Position numbers and translations under genes: made by a program. 64,000 nt of DNA from an uncultured bacterium (GTDB taxonomy: Bacteria > Chloroflexota > UBA5177 > JANWHV01), in assembly GCA_963729625.1 (NCBI GenBank), contig CAVSOU010000010.1:64001-128000 (forward strand), given 5' to 3'. Under the pieces are notes generated by a model. The model saw only the letters and a list, made by a program, of their open reading frames with translations. It ran no database searches and was not told the DNA's origin. This document shows, one piece after another, positions 53,452 to 64,000 of this stretch; within the stretch, counting starts at the first letter, position 1; each line of letters starts with the position of its first letter.

Positions 53452-55087
53452 TGATCTGGATGCGCTCATATCGGCCCTTCCTCCTACCATTGCAACGGCC
53501 GTCAACCAGATGGTCGAGGCAGGCGACCTGCTCGAGATTGTCATGGATCTCGGCCGCGTGCCCGCGGTTCGCTTTCGTCACGCCGAGTACTATCTTGACG
53601 GGCTCGTCGTTGAAGCGTCGGACATAGACTACGTAATCCAACGAATCGGCGATTTCGGCGATGACAATCGCGCCGGCATCGAACGGACTCTCCACCGCAT
53701 CTCGGCTATTCGCAATCGGAAGGGCCGTGTCGTAGGGCTAACGTGCCGGGTCGGTCGTGCCGTGACCGGCACGATTGCCATAATCCGCGACCTGGTGGAG
53801 TCCGGCCAGAGTCTGCTGCTGCTTGGCCGCCCTGGAGTGGGCAAGACCACCATGCTCCGCGAGGTAGCGCGCGTGCTGGCGGACGAAGCCAGGAAGCGCG
53901 TCGTGATCGTCGATACTTCCAATGAGATCGCCGGCGACGGAGATATCCCGCATCCCGGCATCGGCGGTGCGCGCAGAATGCAGGTAGCCACGCCGATAAG
54001 CCAGCATGCGGTGATGATCGAAGCGGTCGAGAATCACATGCCTCAGGTAATCGTCATCGATGAGATCGGCACCGAGCTCGAAGCCCAGGCCGCTCGAACA
54101 ATAGCGGAGCGCGGTGTGCAGCTGGTAGGCACCGCTCACGGCAACACGCTTGAAAACCTCATGCAGAATCCGACGTTGAGCGATCTTGTCGGAGGCATCC
54201 AGACCGTGACACTGGGCGACGAGGAAGCGCGCCGCCGCGGCACGCAGAAGTCGGTGCTCGAGCGAAAAGCGCCGCCCACCTTCCAGGTGATCGTCGAGAT
54301 CCAGGACTGGTATCACGTCACTGTGCACGGGGACGTCGCGGCAGTGGTGGATGCGGTGTTGCTTGGCAGACCCTTTGGCGCACAAGTTCGCACCCGCGCG
54401 GACGATGGTACGATCGTATCGCGCGAACAGAGCGCGGGCCGCGACGCCGCGGCTGTTAACGGACACACGAAGTATGGCGCGGGGTTGCCCAAAATCGGTG
54501 TACTGGTGACAGGCAACTACTCCTTGGTGTCGCGGAACGGTACGGCCGGGCCAGCCGAGCCATTGCAGAGCACCGTGGCGTCGTCGGGGCTGTTGCAGCC
54601 CATACGCGTGCTTCCATTCGGTGTGAGCAGACCAAAACTCGAGCAGGCTGCCCGTGAGCTGCACGTGCCGGTCGCCCTGGCAATCGACATTCGCGAGGCC
54701 GACCTCGTGCTCACACTCAAACCGTACTATCGCCGGAAGCCGCAGGTCTTGCGCGACGCCGAGTCGACCGGGAAGCCCATATGGGTGCTGAAGAACAACA
54801 CCGGGTCGCAGATGCAGACCGCCCTCGCCGGCATGTTCAACCTCGAGGTTCCATCTGCCCAGCCTGACCCGACGTCCGAGTCGCAGTCAGCGGCTTTGCA
54901 GGAGGCCGAGGATGCCATCAATGCTGTGCTGGAAGGCGGGCCCGCCGTGGATCTCAATCCTCAGAATCCGTATATCCGGAGGATGCAGCATCGTCTCGCC
55001 GAACGGTATAACGTCGGCTCGCGAAGCCATGGGAAAGAGCCGCTCAGGCGCGTGCGCATCCTGGCACCCGGCATGCATGCGCCCTGA
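53411..55087 (+). CDS. Ycf45/SpoIIIAA-like AAA ATPase with C-terminal R3H domain
   Basis: [32 protein letters not shown]; RRMQHRLAE (R3H). Confidence 0.92.
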   Translation: MTNLTVQPERVVTDDLDALISALPPTIATAVNQMVEAGDLLEIVMDLGRVPAVRFRHAEYYLDGLVVEASDIDYVIQRIGDFGDDNRAGIERTLHRISAIRNRKGRVVGLTCRVGRAVTGTIAIIRDLVESGQSLLLLGRPGVGKTTMLREVARVLADEARKRVVIVDTSNEIAGDGDIPHPGIGGARRMQVATPISQHAVMIEAVENHMPQVIVIDEIGTELEAQAARTIAERGVQLVGTAHGNTLENLMQNPTLSDLVGGIQTVTLGDEEARRRGTQKSVLERKAPPTFQVIVEIQDWYHVTVHGDVAAVVDAVLLGRPFGAQVRTRADDGTIVSREQSAGRDAAAVNGHTKYGAGLPKIGVLVTGNYSLVSRNGTAGPAEPLQSTVASSGLLQPIRVLPFGVSRPKLEQAARELHVPVALAIDIREADLVLTLKPYYRRKPQVLRDAESTGKPIWVLKNNTGSQMQTALAGMFNLEVPSAQPDPTSESQSAALQEAEDAINAVLEGGPAVDLNPQNPYIRRMQHRLAERYNVGSRSHGKEPLRRVRILAPGMHAP

Positions 55088-55089
55088 TC

Positions 55090-55701
55090 ATGTTCATCAC
55101 GTTTGAGGGACCTGATGGAAGCGGCAAGACGACAGCCATGGCGAGTCTGGCGGCTTGGCTGTCCGAGAACAACGCCAGCGTTGTGACCACACGCGAGCCC
55201 GGTGGAACATCGTTGGGCGAGAGGATCCGTGCTCTCGTCTTGGACGGGGAGCAGCCAGAGCCGTACACAGCGCTACTGCTCTTCTTGGCTGCTCGATCTG
55301 AGTTGGTCTCCAAGGTTATTCGTCCGGCACTGCAACGTCATCAGGTCGTCCTATGTGATCGTTTCACGGATTCCACGCTAGCCTATCAGGGATTTGGCGA
55401 GGGAATTCCTGTGGACGACATCCGGCTACTCAATCGGCTTGCGACCGGCGGCCTGACCCCAGATATCACGGTGCTGCTCGATATTGAACCCGTTGATGGA
55501 CTACTGCGTCGTGAACGAGCGGGAGACCTCAATGCAATGGACCGGCGCGACCTTGAGTTCCACACGCGCGTGCGGGAGGGATTCCTCACCCTGGCGTCAG
55601 AAGAGCCAGCGCGATGGCTCGTCGTTGACGCCGCAAGTCCACCGGGCACAATTCACGCGCGGCTGGTGGAGAGAATCGCATCGTCGGTATTCCCGCTGTG
55701 A
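55090..55701 (+). CDS. tmk: Thymidylate kinase
   Basis: FITFEGPDGSGKTT, REPGGT, DRFTDSTLAYQG. Confidence 0.97.
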   Translation: MFITFEGPDGSGKTTAMASLAAWLSENNASVVTTREPGGTSLGERIRALVLDGEQPEPYTALLLFLAARSELVSKVIRPALQRHQVVLCDRFTDSTLAYQGFGEGIPVDDIRLLNRLATGGLTPDITVLLDIEPVDGLLRRERAGDLNAMDRRDLEFHTRVREGFLTLASEEPARWLVVDAASPPGTIHARLVERIASSVFPL

Positions 55702-55908
55702 GGTGGACGGGAGGAAGCGCTTTTTGTCGCGCGCTGCGGGTCAGGTCAAATTGTACGAGGATCCTTGCATCGTCTGAGCAACAAGCATACTCTATGACCA
55801 GCGTGTTAAGTGGACAGATCTGGATACATTCGTCGATGCGCCGGACGCGGCCGCAGGCTGCGCACATACGTCTGACATAATGCTCCGGCTTCCATGGAGG
55901 TAGTAGAG

Positions 55909-56238
55909 GTGAAGCTGATATTCTGCATCGTTCAGAACGAGGACGCGGGTGGCCTGATGACCGCGCTGACCAAGGAAGGCTTTCGCAGCACGCGCTACCA
56001 ATCCCACGGCGGATTTCTTCGCCAGGGTAATGCCACGATCCTTGTGGGAGTGCCCGATGACAAGGTGCACGATGTCATCGCCGTCGTTCGCAAGAACTGC
56101 AGGACGCGCACGCAATATATCAACCCGCTGCCGCCAATGATGGAACCCGGCGAGTTCTACATGCCGACGCCTGTGGACGTTCAGCTCGGTGGCGCAACGA
56201 TCTTCGTCATCGACGTCGTGCGCTTCGAACAGGTGTAG
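55909..56238 (+). CDS. darA: Cyclic-di-AMP receptor DarA/PstA (PII-like, DUF970)
   Basis: IVQNED, GGFLRQGNAT, GGATIFV; follows tmk as in Firmicutes. Confidence 0.9.
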   Translation: MKLIFCIVQNEDAGGLMTALTKEGFRSTRYQSHGGFLRQGNATILVGVPDDKVHDVIAVVRKNCRTRTQYINPLPPMMEPGEFYMPTPVDVQLGGATIFVIDVVRFEQV

Positions 56239-56351
56239 GGCGCGCCGGAAGCCTCGACCGGAGATCCGGAGGCGAGTTCATACCGAGCGTCGCGACCACC
56301 TTGAAGTTTGCTTTGTGTCGTGCTCGCGAGGATCGGCGTACCGGATTGACG

Positions 56352-56816
56352 CTACTTGTAGCCCGGATCCTGAATGGCGAACTGCGTGTGCTGTCTGACC
56401 GCGCCGGCATCCAGCACGGATACGATGACAGCTTCGCGGCCCGAACGTGGGCGGTGCTTTATTGTGAACGCACGGCTGGAGAACCCGTGGCTATCTGCCC
56501 GCGCGCTCTGTGACTCCGTCGTGCCGTCCGCGTATTTGATCATATACTCCAACATGCGATTCGCGAGACCGGGCAGGCAGACCGAGAACGTCTCGCTGTG
56601 GCCAACGACGACCGTGCGCGGGTCGTTGAGTATCTTGCTGGTGGTGCAGGCGACGGGAGTCGCAATGTGCGACGACGCAGTGGTGTTGTTCGACGAGTTT
56701 CTGTTGCTGACGAACAGACCGGCTGCCAGAATGATTTCAAGAAGGATCAGGAACACCAGCACCAAGCGCAGATTCCTGCGAGATCGGTCCACGAACGGGT
56801 TTGAACGCATCGACAT
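56352..56816 (-). CDS. Hypothetical membrane-anchored exported protein
   Basis: N-terminal TM (LVLVFLILLEIILAAGLFV), Ser/Thr/Asn linker, beta-rich C-terminus with two Cys. Confidence 0.7.
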   Translation of the reverse strand: MSMRSNPFVDRSRRNLRLVLVFLILLEIILAAGLFVSNRNSSNNTTASSHIATPVACTTSKILNDPRTVVVGHSETFSVCLPGLANRMLEYMIKYADGTTESQSARADSHGFSSRAFTIKHRPRSGREAVIVSVLDAGAVRQHTQFAIQDPGYK

Positions 56817-56901
56817 CCTCCTGCAGCGGCCAAGGGCATGACATCCTGGCTGCTTTATCGCATGCCATCACTGTATGAGCCCAACGCTGCTCCGTCAATA
56901 G

Positions 56902-58455
<1,554 letters not shown>

Positions 58456-58586
58456 CGCTTTGCATGGGTCACCTGCGCGTCCCGTGCGGCCGGCATCGCG
58501 GCCAGCAATAGATTGGGCCGCGGAGTACGTCGGTTGCGAGGCTGAAGTTTTAACCGCGGTGCGCGGCGCGTAGCAGCGATGGAGAC

Positions 58587-59834
58587 ATGAACGATCCGTT
58601 CGCGAAGTCCGTGCAGTCGTTGACCGACGCGCTGCTCCAGCTTGACCATGCGATCTCGCTGGCCGAGAGCAACGTCGCCGCGGCGCTGCAGATTGGCTTG
58701 CCTGAAGCACAAGATCTTGCATATCGACTGCCGACGCTGACACTCCGCGCGCGTGAGTTTCTTGCCGCGGTGCCAGGTACAGGGCAGCAATCACGCTGGG
58801 GAGAGAATCGGCGACTGCTAGACCAAGCGCAGAGCTTCCAGCCTTTGTTCGCGCCATACGTGCAGCTTGGACTTCGCGTTACGGCAGCTCGACAAGCTAT
58901 CGCCGATCGAGCTGCGCGCGAGAAGGCGGCAGCCGAGCAAGTGCAGCGTGCCCAGCAGACCTTCGAGTGCAATGCCATGCTGGAAACCGCTCGTCGCCGC
59001 TACTCGGCCTTGCGCCAGATGCTGGCGGACATGCAGCTGCAGCGAGGCCCAGGTTTCGACGACACTACGTGGCTCAGCGCGCTCAGGTCACTGGGCTCAA
59101 TAGTTACAACACAGGATGTTCGGCTGTCCTCCGCGGCTGCCAGCATCCGAGACCGGGCATTCGACGATGCGCGTGCGTCGCTCGACCAATCACTGGGCGA
59201 GCTGCAGGGCGCTCTCGATATGGCGCAGCGCGTCCGGGCCACCGCTAACGCCCGCTCGCAGGCCGCGTCGGGCGCTCGGAGTGACAATCCTGGACCGGCG
59301 CCCACGGTGGCGCCGTCGTCGTTCACTACACAACCGATCGGACTGCCTCCTGCCCTGCAAGCCAAGCCCGAGAGCACTCATGATGTATCGCCTGAGGTTG
59401 CGGCACCGCTGCAAGGCGAAGTGCAGCCGGGTCCTGTCGTAGCTGAGCGCAGTGTGCAGGCGCTACCTGCCGTGCGCATGCTTGCACTGATCGAAGTGCG
59501 CACAGGCACGGTCTTCCGCTCTGACGGCACGCCGACCCTGATAGGGCGGGGATTGGACTCGTCGATGCCCGCAGGTCAACCGTATATCAATCTCTCGCTG
59601 GCGTGCGATCCTGGAGAGGCAGACGACCTGGGGATTTCTCGCAGGCACGCCGAGATTGCCCGGCAAGGCGACCGATTTGCCGTCAGAGACCTGGCTAGTA
59701 CCAATGGAACCAGAATGAGGCGAGCGGGCCAGCCAGGATGGACGACGCTGCCGGTGCAGCAGTGGGTTCAGCTTCAAGAGGGCGATACGCTTCAGTTCGG
59801 TCTTCTGGCGTGCTCCGTCTCGTTCCCACGCTGA
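58587..59834 (+). CDS. Helical N-terminal region plus C-terminal FHA domain protein
   Basis: IGR, ISRRHAEI, VRDLASTNGT, LQEGDTLQFG; Pro-rich linker. Confidence 0.88.
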   Translation: MNDPFAKSVQSLTDALLQLDHAISLAESNVAAALQIGLPEAQDLAYRLPTLTLRAREFLAAVPGTGQQSRWGENRRLLDQAQSFQPLFAPYVQLGLRVTAARQAIADRAAREKAAAEQVQRAQQTFECNAMLETARRRYSALRQMLADMQLQRGPGFDDTTWLSALRSLGSIVTTQDVRLSSAAASIRDRAFDDARASLDQSLGELQGALDMAQRVRATANARSQAASGARSDNPGPAPTVAPSSFTTQPIGLPPALQAKPESTHDVSPEVAAPLQGEVQPGPVVAERSVQALPAVRMLALIEVRTGTVFRSDGTPTLIGRGLDSSMPAGQPYINLSLACDPGEADDLGISRRHAEIARQGDRFAVRDLASTNGTRMRRAGQPGWTTLPVQQWVQLQEGDTLQFGLLACSVSFPR

Positions 59835-59844
59835 CTAGGCATCG

Positions 59845-60843
59845 TCATTCGGCGACGCCAAGATCGTCCTCGATCGCCGGCGCGTAGGCCGGATTCGGCA
59901 CGCCCGGCTCCTCGTCTCCCAGCATTTGCCGCAGCACGACTGCGACGGCGTCTTCGTCATTCGACACGGTTGTGCGCCGAGCGTAGGGCACCACCCCAGG
60001 TTCAGAATTGGCCACGGCGATGCCGCATCCTGCCATTGCGAGCATTTCCACGTCGTTCCAGTTGTCGCCGATACAAACGACGTGTTCGAGGCTCAACCCA
60101 AAATACGCGGCAAGCCACTCGACAGCGCGGCCTTTCGAGCAATCGCCGTGAAACACCTCGAGAAAGCAGCTGTCCAGGTTCGCGCTATAGGAGATCAGGG
60201 TGCGACAGTCTGCCAGCTCGAGTCGAGGCAACACTGGCTCGACCCTGGCGAACGTGTCCACGACCACGATGTGGACTGGCTCGACAGCCGTGGTAAGTCT
60301 CGAATAGGGCACGCGGACCACAAGATCGGGGTTGCGACTGAGGAATTCGCGAGCCGATGGCGAGTCGTACTCTACAGGCCCGGTAAACAGGCGCTGGCCG
60401 ATCACCCGGTCTTCATACGCGATCGGCTGCAGGCCGGCTTCGACGAGAATACGAAGCGCCTGTTTGCCAGCCGCGAGAGGCAACGGATCTCGATAGAGCA
60501 CATCGCGGCCATCTGCACTTGACACGATTGCGCCGGTTTCGAGAATGACAGGCGGGCTCTCAATGGCAGCTTCCAAGGGCGCAGTGCGTATCGGCTTCGG
60601 GCCCAGCGGGCCGAACAAGTCGAGGTCGCGCAAAAGCCCCTCAGTCGTGGCAAAGCGTCTTCCGGTTGCAATGGTGACGATGATTCCAGCCTGGCGCGCG
60701 CGCCTAACTGCCGCCTGAACCGAAGGTGAGAGATCGGGCTTTGACGTGAGCAGAGTGCCGTCGATATCCGACACAAGCATTCGATACGGGGACCGCGGGC
60801 GGAATGGGGTGCTGGGGGCGTGTCGTCGTCTTGACGTCTTCAC
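59845..60843 (-). CDS. Cof-type HAD-IIB hydrolase
   Basis: DIDGTLL, ATGR, SKG, GDNWNDVEM. Confidence 0.93.
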   Translation of the reverse strand: MKTSRRRHAPSTPFRPRSPYRMLVSDIDGTLLTSKPDLSPSVQAAVRRARQAGIIVTIATGRRFATTEGLLRDLDLFGPLGPKPIRTAPLEAAIESPPVILETGAIVSSADGRDVLYRDPLPLAAGKQALRILVEAGLQPIAYEDRVIGQRLFTGPVEYDSPSAREFLSRNPDLVVRVPYSRLTTAVEPVHIVVVDTFARVEPVLPRLELADCRTLISYSANLDSCFLEVFHGDCSKGRAVEWLAAYFGLSLEHVVCIGDNWNDVEMLAMAGCGIAVANSEPGVVPYARRTTVSNDEDAVAVVLRQMLGDEEPGVPNPAYAPAIEDDLGVAE

Positions 60844-61061
60844 TGGACTCCTAGGCGGGCATGTTCAGCGTGCGACGACCGATCTCGCCTGCGGCAGGGC
60901 CATTTCGACGCGAAACGTAGCTCAAACGGCAGGAGCGCGGCGAAAGCGGCGACCATCCAGTAACCAGTACATATCGTCGCTCGGACAGTCGTCATCGGTT
61001 GTCTGATGTCTTCAATTTCAATGTAGCATCTCATTGGAGGGCAGGGACAAGCCGTTTCGTT

Positions 61062-61145
61062 CGCGCAGGTCGCGAGGACGTATCCTGTCAGCGACACCTT
61101 TGCATCCGCGCAGGTCGCGAGGCCTGTATCCTGTCAGAGACACCT
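61062..61145. repeat. Tandem 38/39-nt direct repeat, each copy a potential hairpin
   Basis: CGCGCAGGTCGCGAGGACGTATCCTGTCAGCGACACCT (61062-61099) and CGCGCAGGTCGCGAGGCCTGTATCCTGTCAGAGACACCT (61107-61145). Confidence 0.9.
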
Positions 61146-61205
61146 ATTCCTGGCTACGACCGATCGTCTACGGCTGCACAAAGTCACTGGATCCGGAGGC
61201 GGGCC

Positions 61206-62534
61206 ATGTACAGTCTGATCCACAAGAAGCGCGATGGCGCAGAACTCACATCAGAAGAAATTCGCGAGGTGGTTCAGGGTTACGTCGCGGGTTCGATCCC
61301 CGACTACCAGGTCGCGGCGCTGCTCATGGCCGTGTTCTTCAGGGGAATGAGCGCTCGCGAAACCGTCGACCTCACATCTGCCATGGTTGCCTCTGGGCAC
61401 ACGGTCGATCTCAGCCACGTCCCTGGGATAGCGGTGGACAAGCATTCCACCGGCGGTGTAGGTGACAAGACAACGCTTGTGCTGGGACCGCTGGTCGCGG
61501 CAGCCGGTCTTACGATGGCCAAAATGTCGGGCCGGGGTCTCGGACACACCGGCGGCACTGTCGACAAACTCGAGTCGATCCCTGGATTCAAGGCAAGCCT
61601 TTCACTCACAGCAATGATCGAGCAAGTCCAGAGAATCGGCATCGCCGTCGTCGCGCAGTCGGCCAGCCTGGTTCCTGCCGATGGATTGCTCTACGCGCTG
61701 AGGGATGTAACCGCCACGGTCGATAGCGTCCCGCTGATCGCGAGCAGTATCATGAGCAAGAAGATAGCGGCTGGAGCGCGTGCAATCATCTTGGATGTCA
61801 AGACCGGCTCCGGCGCCTTCATGTCGACGCCAGACCAGGCTTTTGCTCTTGCCCACGCGCTTGTCGGTATCGGTACGGCGGCGGGTCGCGCCGTCAAGGC
61901 ACTGATCACGAGCATGGATCAACCACTTGGACTCGCGATCGGCAACGCCCTCGAAGTGCGCGAGGCAGTCGACACCTTGCAGGGCAATGGTCCTGCAGAT
62001 CTGAGGGACCTATGCCTGCTGCTGGCGACTCATCTGACGGCCCTCGCGCGGGGATCCAGCGACATCGATGCTATTCGGCAGGAGCTCGAGCAGCTGCTGG
62101 ACGGCGGGCAGGCCTTGGAACGTTTCCGATTGATGGTCGCTGCTCAGGGCGGTGACCCGCGTGTCGCCGTCGACCCCGGGGCAGTTCTCCGGACTGCACG
62201 TGCGTCACACGATGTCTTAACGCCGTCTAGGGGCTTTGTGCGCTTTATCGACGCGAAGGTCGTCGGTGAAGCAGCGAGGGCGCTCGGAGCTGGACGCCAA
62301 CGCAAAGACGAGACGATTGACCACGCCGCGGGAATAGTCTTGCGCGCAAAAGTCGGCGCGCATGTTGAGGCCGGAGCGCCGTGGGCGAGGGCCTATGCAG
62401 CAGACGACGAGCACCTCGAAGCCGGAGTGCGACTGCTCGAGCGCGCCCTCGTCACGAGCGCCGACATGCCCAGCGAGATTCCGCTTGTACATGGCATCGT
62501 AGACCGCGATCTGGGCGAAACCCGTTACCATTGA
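61206..62534 (+). CDS. pdp: Pyrimidine-nucleoside/thymidine phosphorylase
   Basis: DKHSTGGVGDK, SGRGLGHTGGTVDKLE, SSIMSKK; GGAGG SD. Confidence 0.96.
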   Translation: MYSLIHKKRDGAELTSEEIREVVQGYVAGSIPDYQVAALLMAVFFRGMSARETVDLTSAMVASGHTVDLSHVPGIAVDKHSTGGVGDKTTLVLGPLVAAAGLTMAKMSGRGLGHTGGTVDKLESIPGFKASLSLTAMIEQVQRIGIAVVAQSASLVPADGLLYALRDVTATVDSVPLIASSIMSKKIAAGARAIILDVKTGSGAFMSTPDQAFALAHALVGIGTAAGRAVKALITSMDQPLGLAIGNALEVREAVDTLQGNGPADLRDLCLLLATHLTALARGSSDIDAIRQELEQLLDGGQALERFRLMVAAQGGDPRVAVDPGAVLRTARASHDVLTPSRGFVRFIDAKVVGEAARALGAGRQRKDETIDHAAGIVLRAKVGAHVEAGAPWARAYAADDEHLEAGVRLLERALVTSADMPSEIPLVHGIVDRDLGETRYH

Positions 62535-62564
62535 CGTGCAAACCGCCACAATAGTGGAGATGCC

Positions 62565-63251
62565 ATGCAGGTACCAGCAGACTTGCAGGCCCTTGTCCTC
62601 GACCTCGACGGACTCCTGATCGACAGCGAGACCTGGAGCTGGAAGGCGCACGATGAGGTGCTCGCGTCCTACGGGCTCGATCCGTTATCGCCACATGAGA
62701 TCGGTCGAATGGTTGGCTTGATAGGGCTTGATGAGTGGAACGAGCTGTGTTCCATGCGTGCGCTGCCGGACGTTCGTATCCAGTACAACACCGCACACAC
62801 CGGCGCGTACATTCGCATCAGCGAAGAATGCCATGGCCCCATGCCAGGAATTGACGATTTGCTTCGCGCAGCGTCGCACGTGGGTCTCAGAGTAGCCCTG
62901 GCATCAAATTCGCCGCTCTCAGTAGTGCGCGACGTGCTGAGGAAGCTGAGCATACTCGACGTCTTCGCGGCGACGGCCACCGGCGATCAAGTAGCCCGAA
63001 GCAAGCCTGCCCCAGATGTCTACAGGTTAGCGCTGCGACTCCTTTGCTTGCCCGCGACCTCCGTCCTGGCAATCGAAGACTCGCGCGTCGGGTTGCAAGC
63101 CGCACGCGCGGCGGGAATCAAGTGCCTCGTGGTGCCGAACGACGTTACCGCCACCCAGGATTTCTCCGGCGCCTACCGTCGATTCGCCGGGCTCGCAGAC
63201 GTTGCAGTCTGGCTTGTCGGCGGCAGGGCGACGCGGGAGCGGCCAGCCTAG
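62565..63251 (+). CDS. HAD-IA family phosphatase
   Basis: DLDGLLIDSE, ASNS, KPAPDVY, IEDS. Confidence 0.92.
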   Translation: MQVPADLQALVLDLDGLLIDSETWSWKAHDEVLASYGLDPLSPHEIGRMVGLIGLDEWNELCSMRALPDVRIQYNTAHTGAYIRISEECHGPMPGIDDLLRAASHVGLRVALASNSPLSVVRDVLRKLSILDVFAATATGDQVARSKPAPDVYRLALRLLCLPATSVLAIEDSRVGLQAARAAGIKCLVVPNDVTATQDFSGAYRRFAGLADVAVWLVGGRATRERPA

Positions 63252-63336
63252 CCAAACTGATAGTCCGACTCTACTCGCGACTTCCGCCGTGGGTCGCGTC
63301 CCGGTTCGTGCCTTCAACCCGAGGGCCGCTTGGGCT

Positions 63337-64000
63337 TCAGAAGAGCAGCGACGATAGCCGCGGCCTGAACTCCAAGGTGGTCGGGTCGCCTGGACCAAGG
63401 ATGTCGAACACTGCCAGGACCAGACGCCTTCCACCATCGTCACGATAGCGCCGATCGTTCTCGACCAGCCACAAGAAATGATCGAGCGCCTCCCTGAAAT
63501 CTCCCGCTGCCGCGGCAGCATTTCCGGCAGCCCAGTGCGCGTCAGCCGGAGTCTCGTCACTTTGTCGCGCGTCGACGGCCCCGAGGTTTGCGGCTTCGCG
63601 TCGGAAGAGCAAGCGCGACAACAGTGTACGCGCCTTGGCTCCTTCATCGGTCATGAACGGGATCTGCTCCAGCACAGCGGCGGCTTCGTCCAAACGGCCA
63701 TAGTCGAACAGCAACGAGCCCAGCGCAAGCAGACCTCGTCCATGGGCCGGCTCCATTGATAGCGCCTCACGCAGCTTTCCCTCCGCGAGCGCGAGATTTC
63801 CTGACCGCAGCACATCCTCCGCGTCTGAGACGAGGCGATCGGCCTCGGAGGGGACCAGCCGCGTCAAGAACGCGCGAATCGCCGATTCAGGTTGCGCGCC
63901 AAGCATTTCTGCCACCACCTGACCATCGCGGAATCCCTTGAGCGCGGGGATGCTCGTAATCCGGTATCGATTGGCCAGCACCGGCTCACGGTCAATATCA
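63337..64000 (-). CDS. Thioredoxin-TPR co-chaperone (YbbN/CnoX family), 5' end outside window
   Basis: ITSIPALKGFRDG, GAQPESAI, TPR helices, DDGGRRLVLAVFDILG, RLSSLLF. Confidence 0.88.
   Translation of the reverse strand, partial: DIDREPVLANRYRITSIPALKGFRDGQVVAEMLGAQPESAIRAFLTRLVPSEADRLVSDAEDVLRSGNLALAEGKLREALSMEPAHGRGLLALGSLLFDYGRLDEAAAVLEQIPFMTDEGAKARTLLSRLLFRREAANLGAVDARQSDETPADAHWAAGNAAAAAGDFREALDHFLWLVENDRRYRDDGGRRLVLAVFDILGPGDPTTLEFRPRLSSLLF

Noticed and set aside
61062-61145. Possible mini CRISPR array
   Set aside because: Only two copies, separated by 7 nt (too short for a spacer), and no cas genes in the window.
60999-61205. N-terminal extensions given by the ORF track (pdp, also PHP, methyltransferase, site-2 protease, rpsG, map)
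   Set aside because: Family similarity and SD sequences begin at downstream starts; the extensions overlap regulatory DNA or other genes.

Overview
High-GC bacterial chromosome segment. Gene order and protein signatures suggest Chloroflexota or a related Terrabacteria lineage (inference). Most of it is the core expression locus: the F1Fo atp operon (minus strand) divergent from rpoB-rpoC, then the str, S10, spc and alpha clusters and truA-rplM-rpsI. The left end carries an accessory-looking pair (partial XRE-HTH/AAA regulator and a secreted papain-family protease), an AT-rich junction, a divergent orphan selA-like gene, a methyltransferase and PHP-pyrF-DUF951. The right end carries scpBA, a site-2 protease, FmdB, PPi-type PFK, a GNAT-like gene, a Ycf45-like AAA/R3H gene, tmk, darA, guaB, an FHA protein, HAD hydrolases, pdp and a partial YbbN/CnoX. 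No rRNA, tRNA, CRISPR array or intact mobile element was seen. The most notable signals are: (1) a tandem ~22-residue helical repeat expansion inside the beta-prime zinc-binding region, (2) a ~175-nt structured RNA candidate behind an extended -10 promoter leading a GNAT/AAA-R3H operon, (3) a tandem 38-39 nt hairpin repeat between the Cof HAD gene and pdp, (4) a 56-aa basic zinc-ribbon ORF upstream of rpoB, and (5) a probable ATC start and altered motifs in the selA-like gene. All RNA pairings were made by eye; no searches were run.
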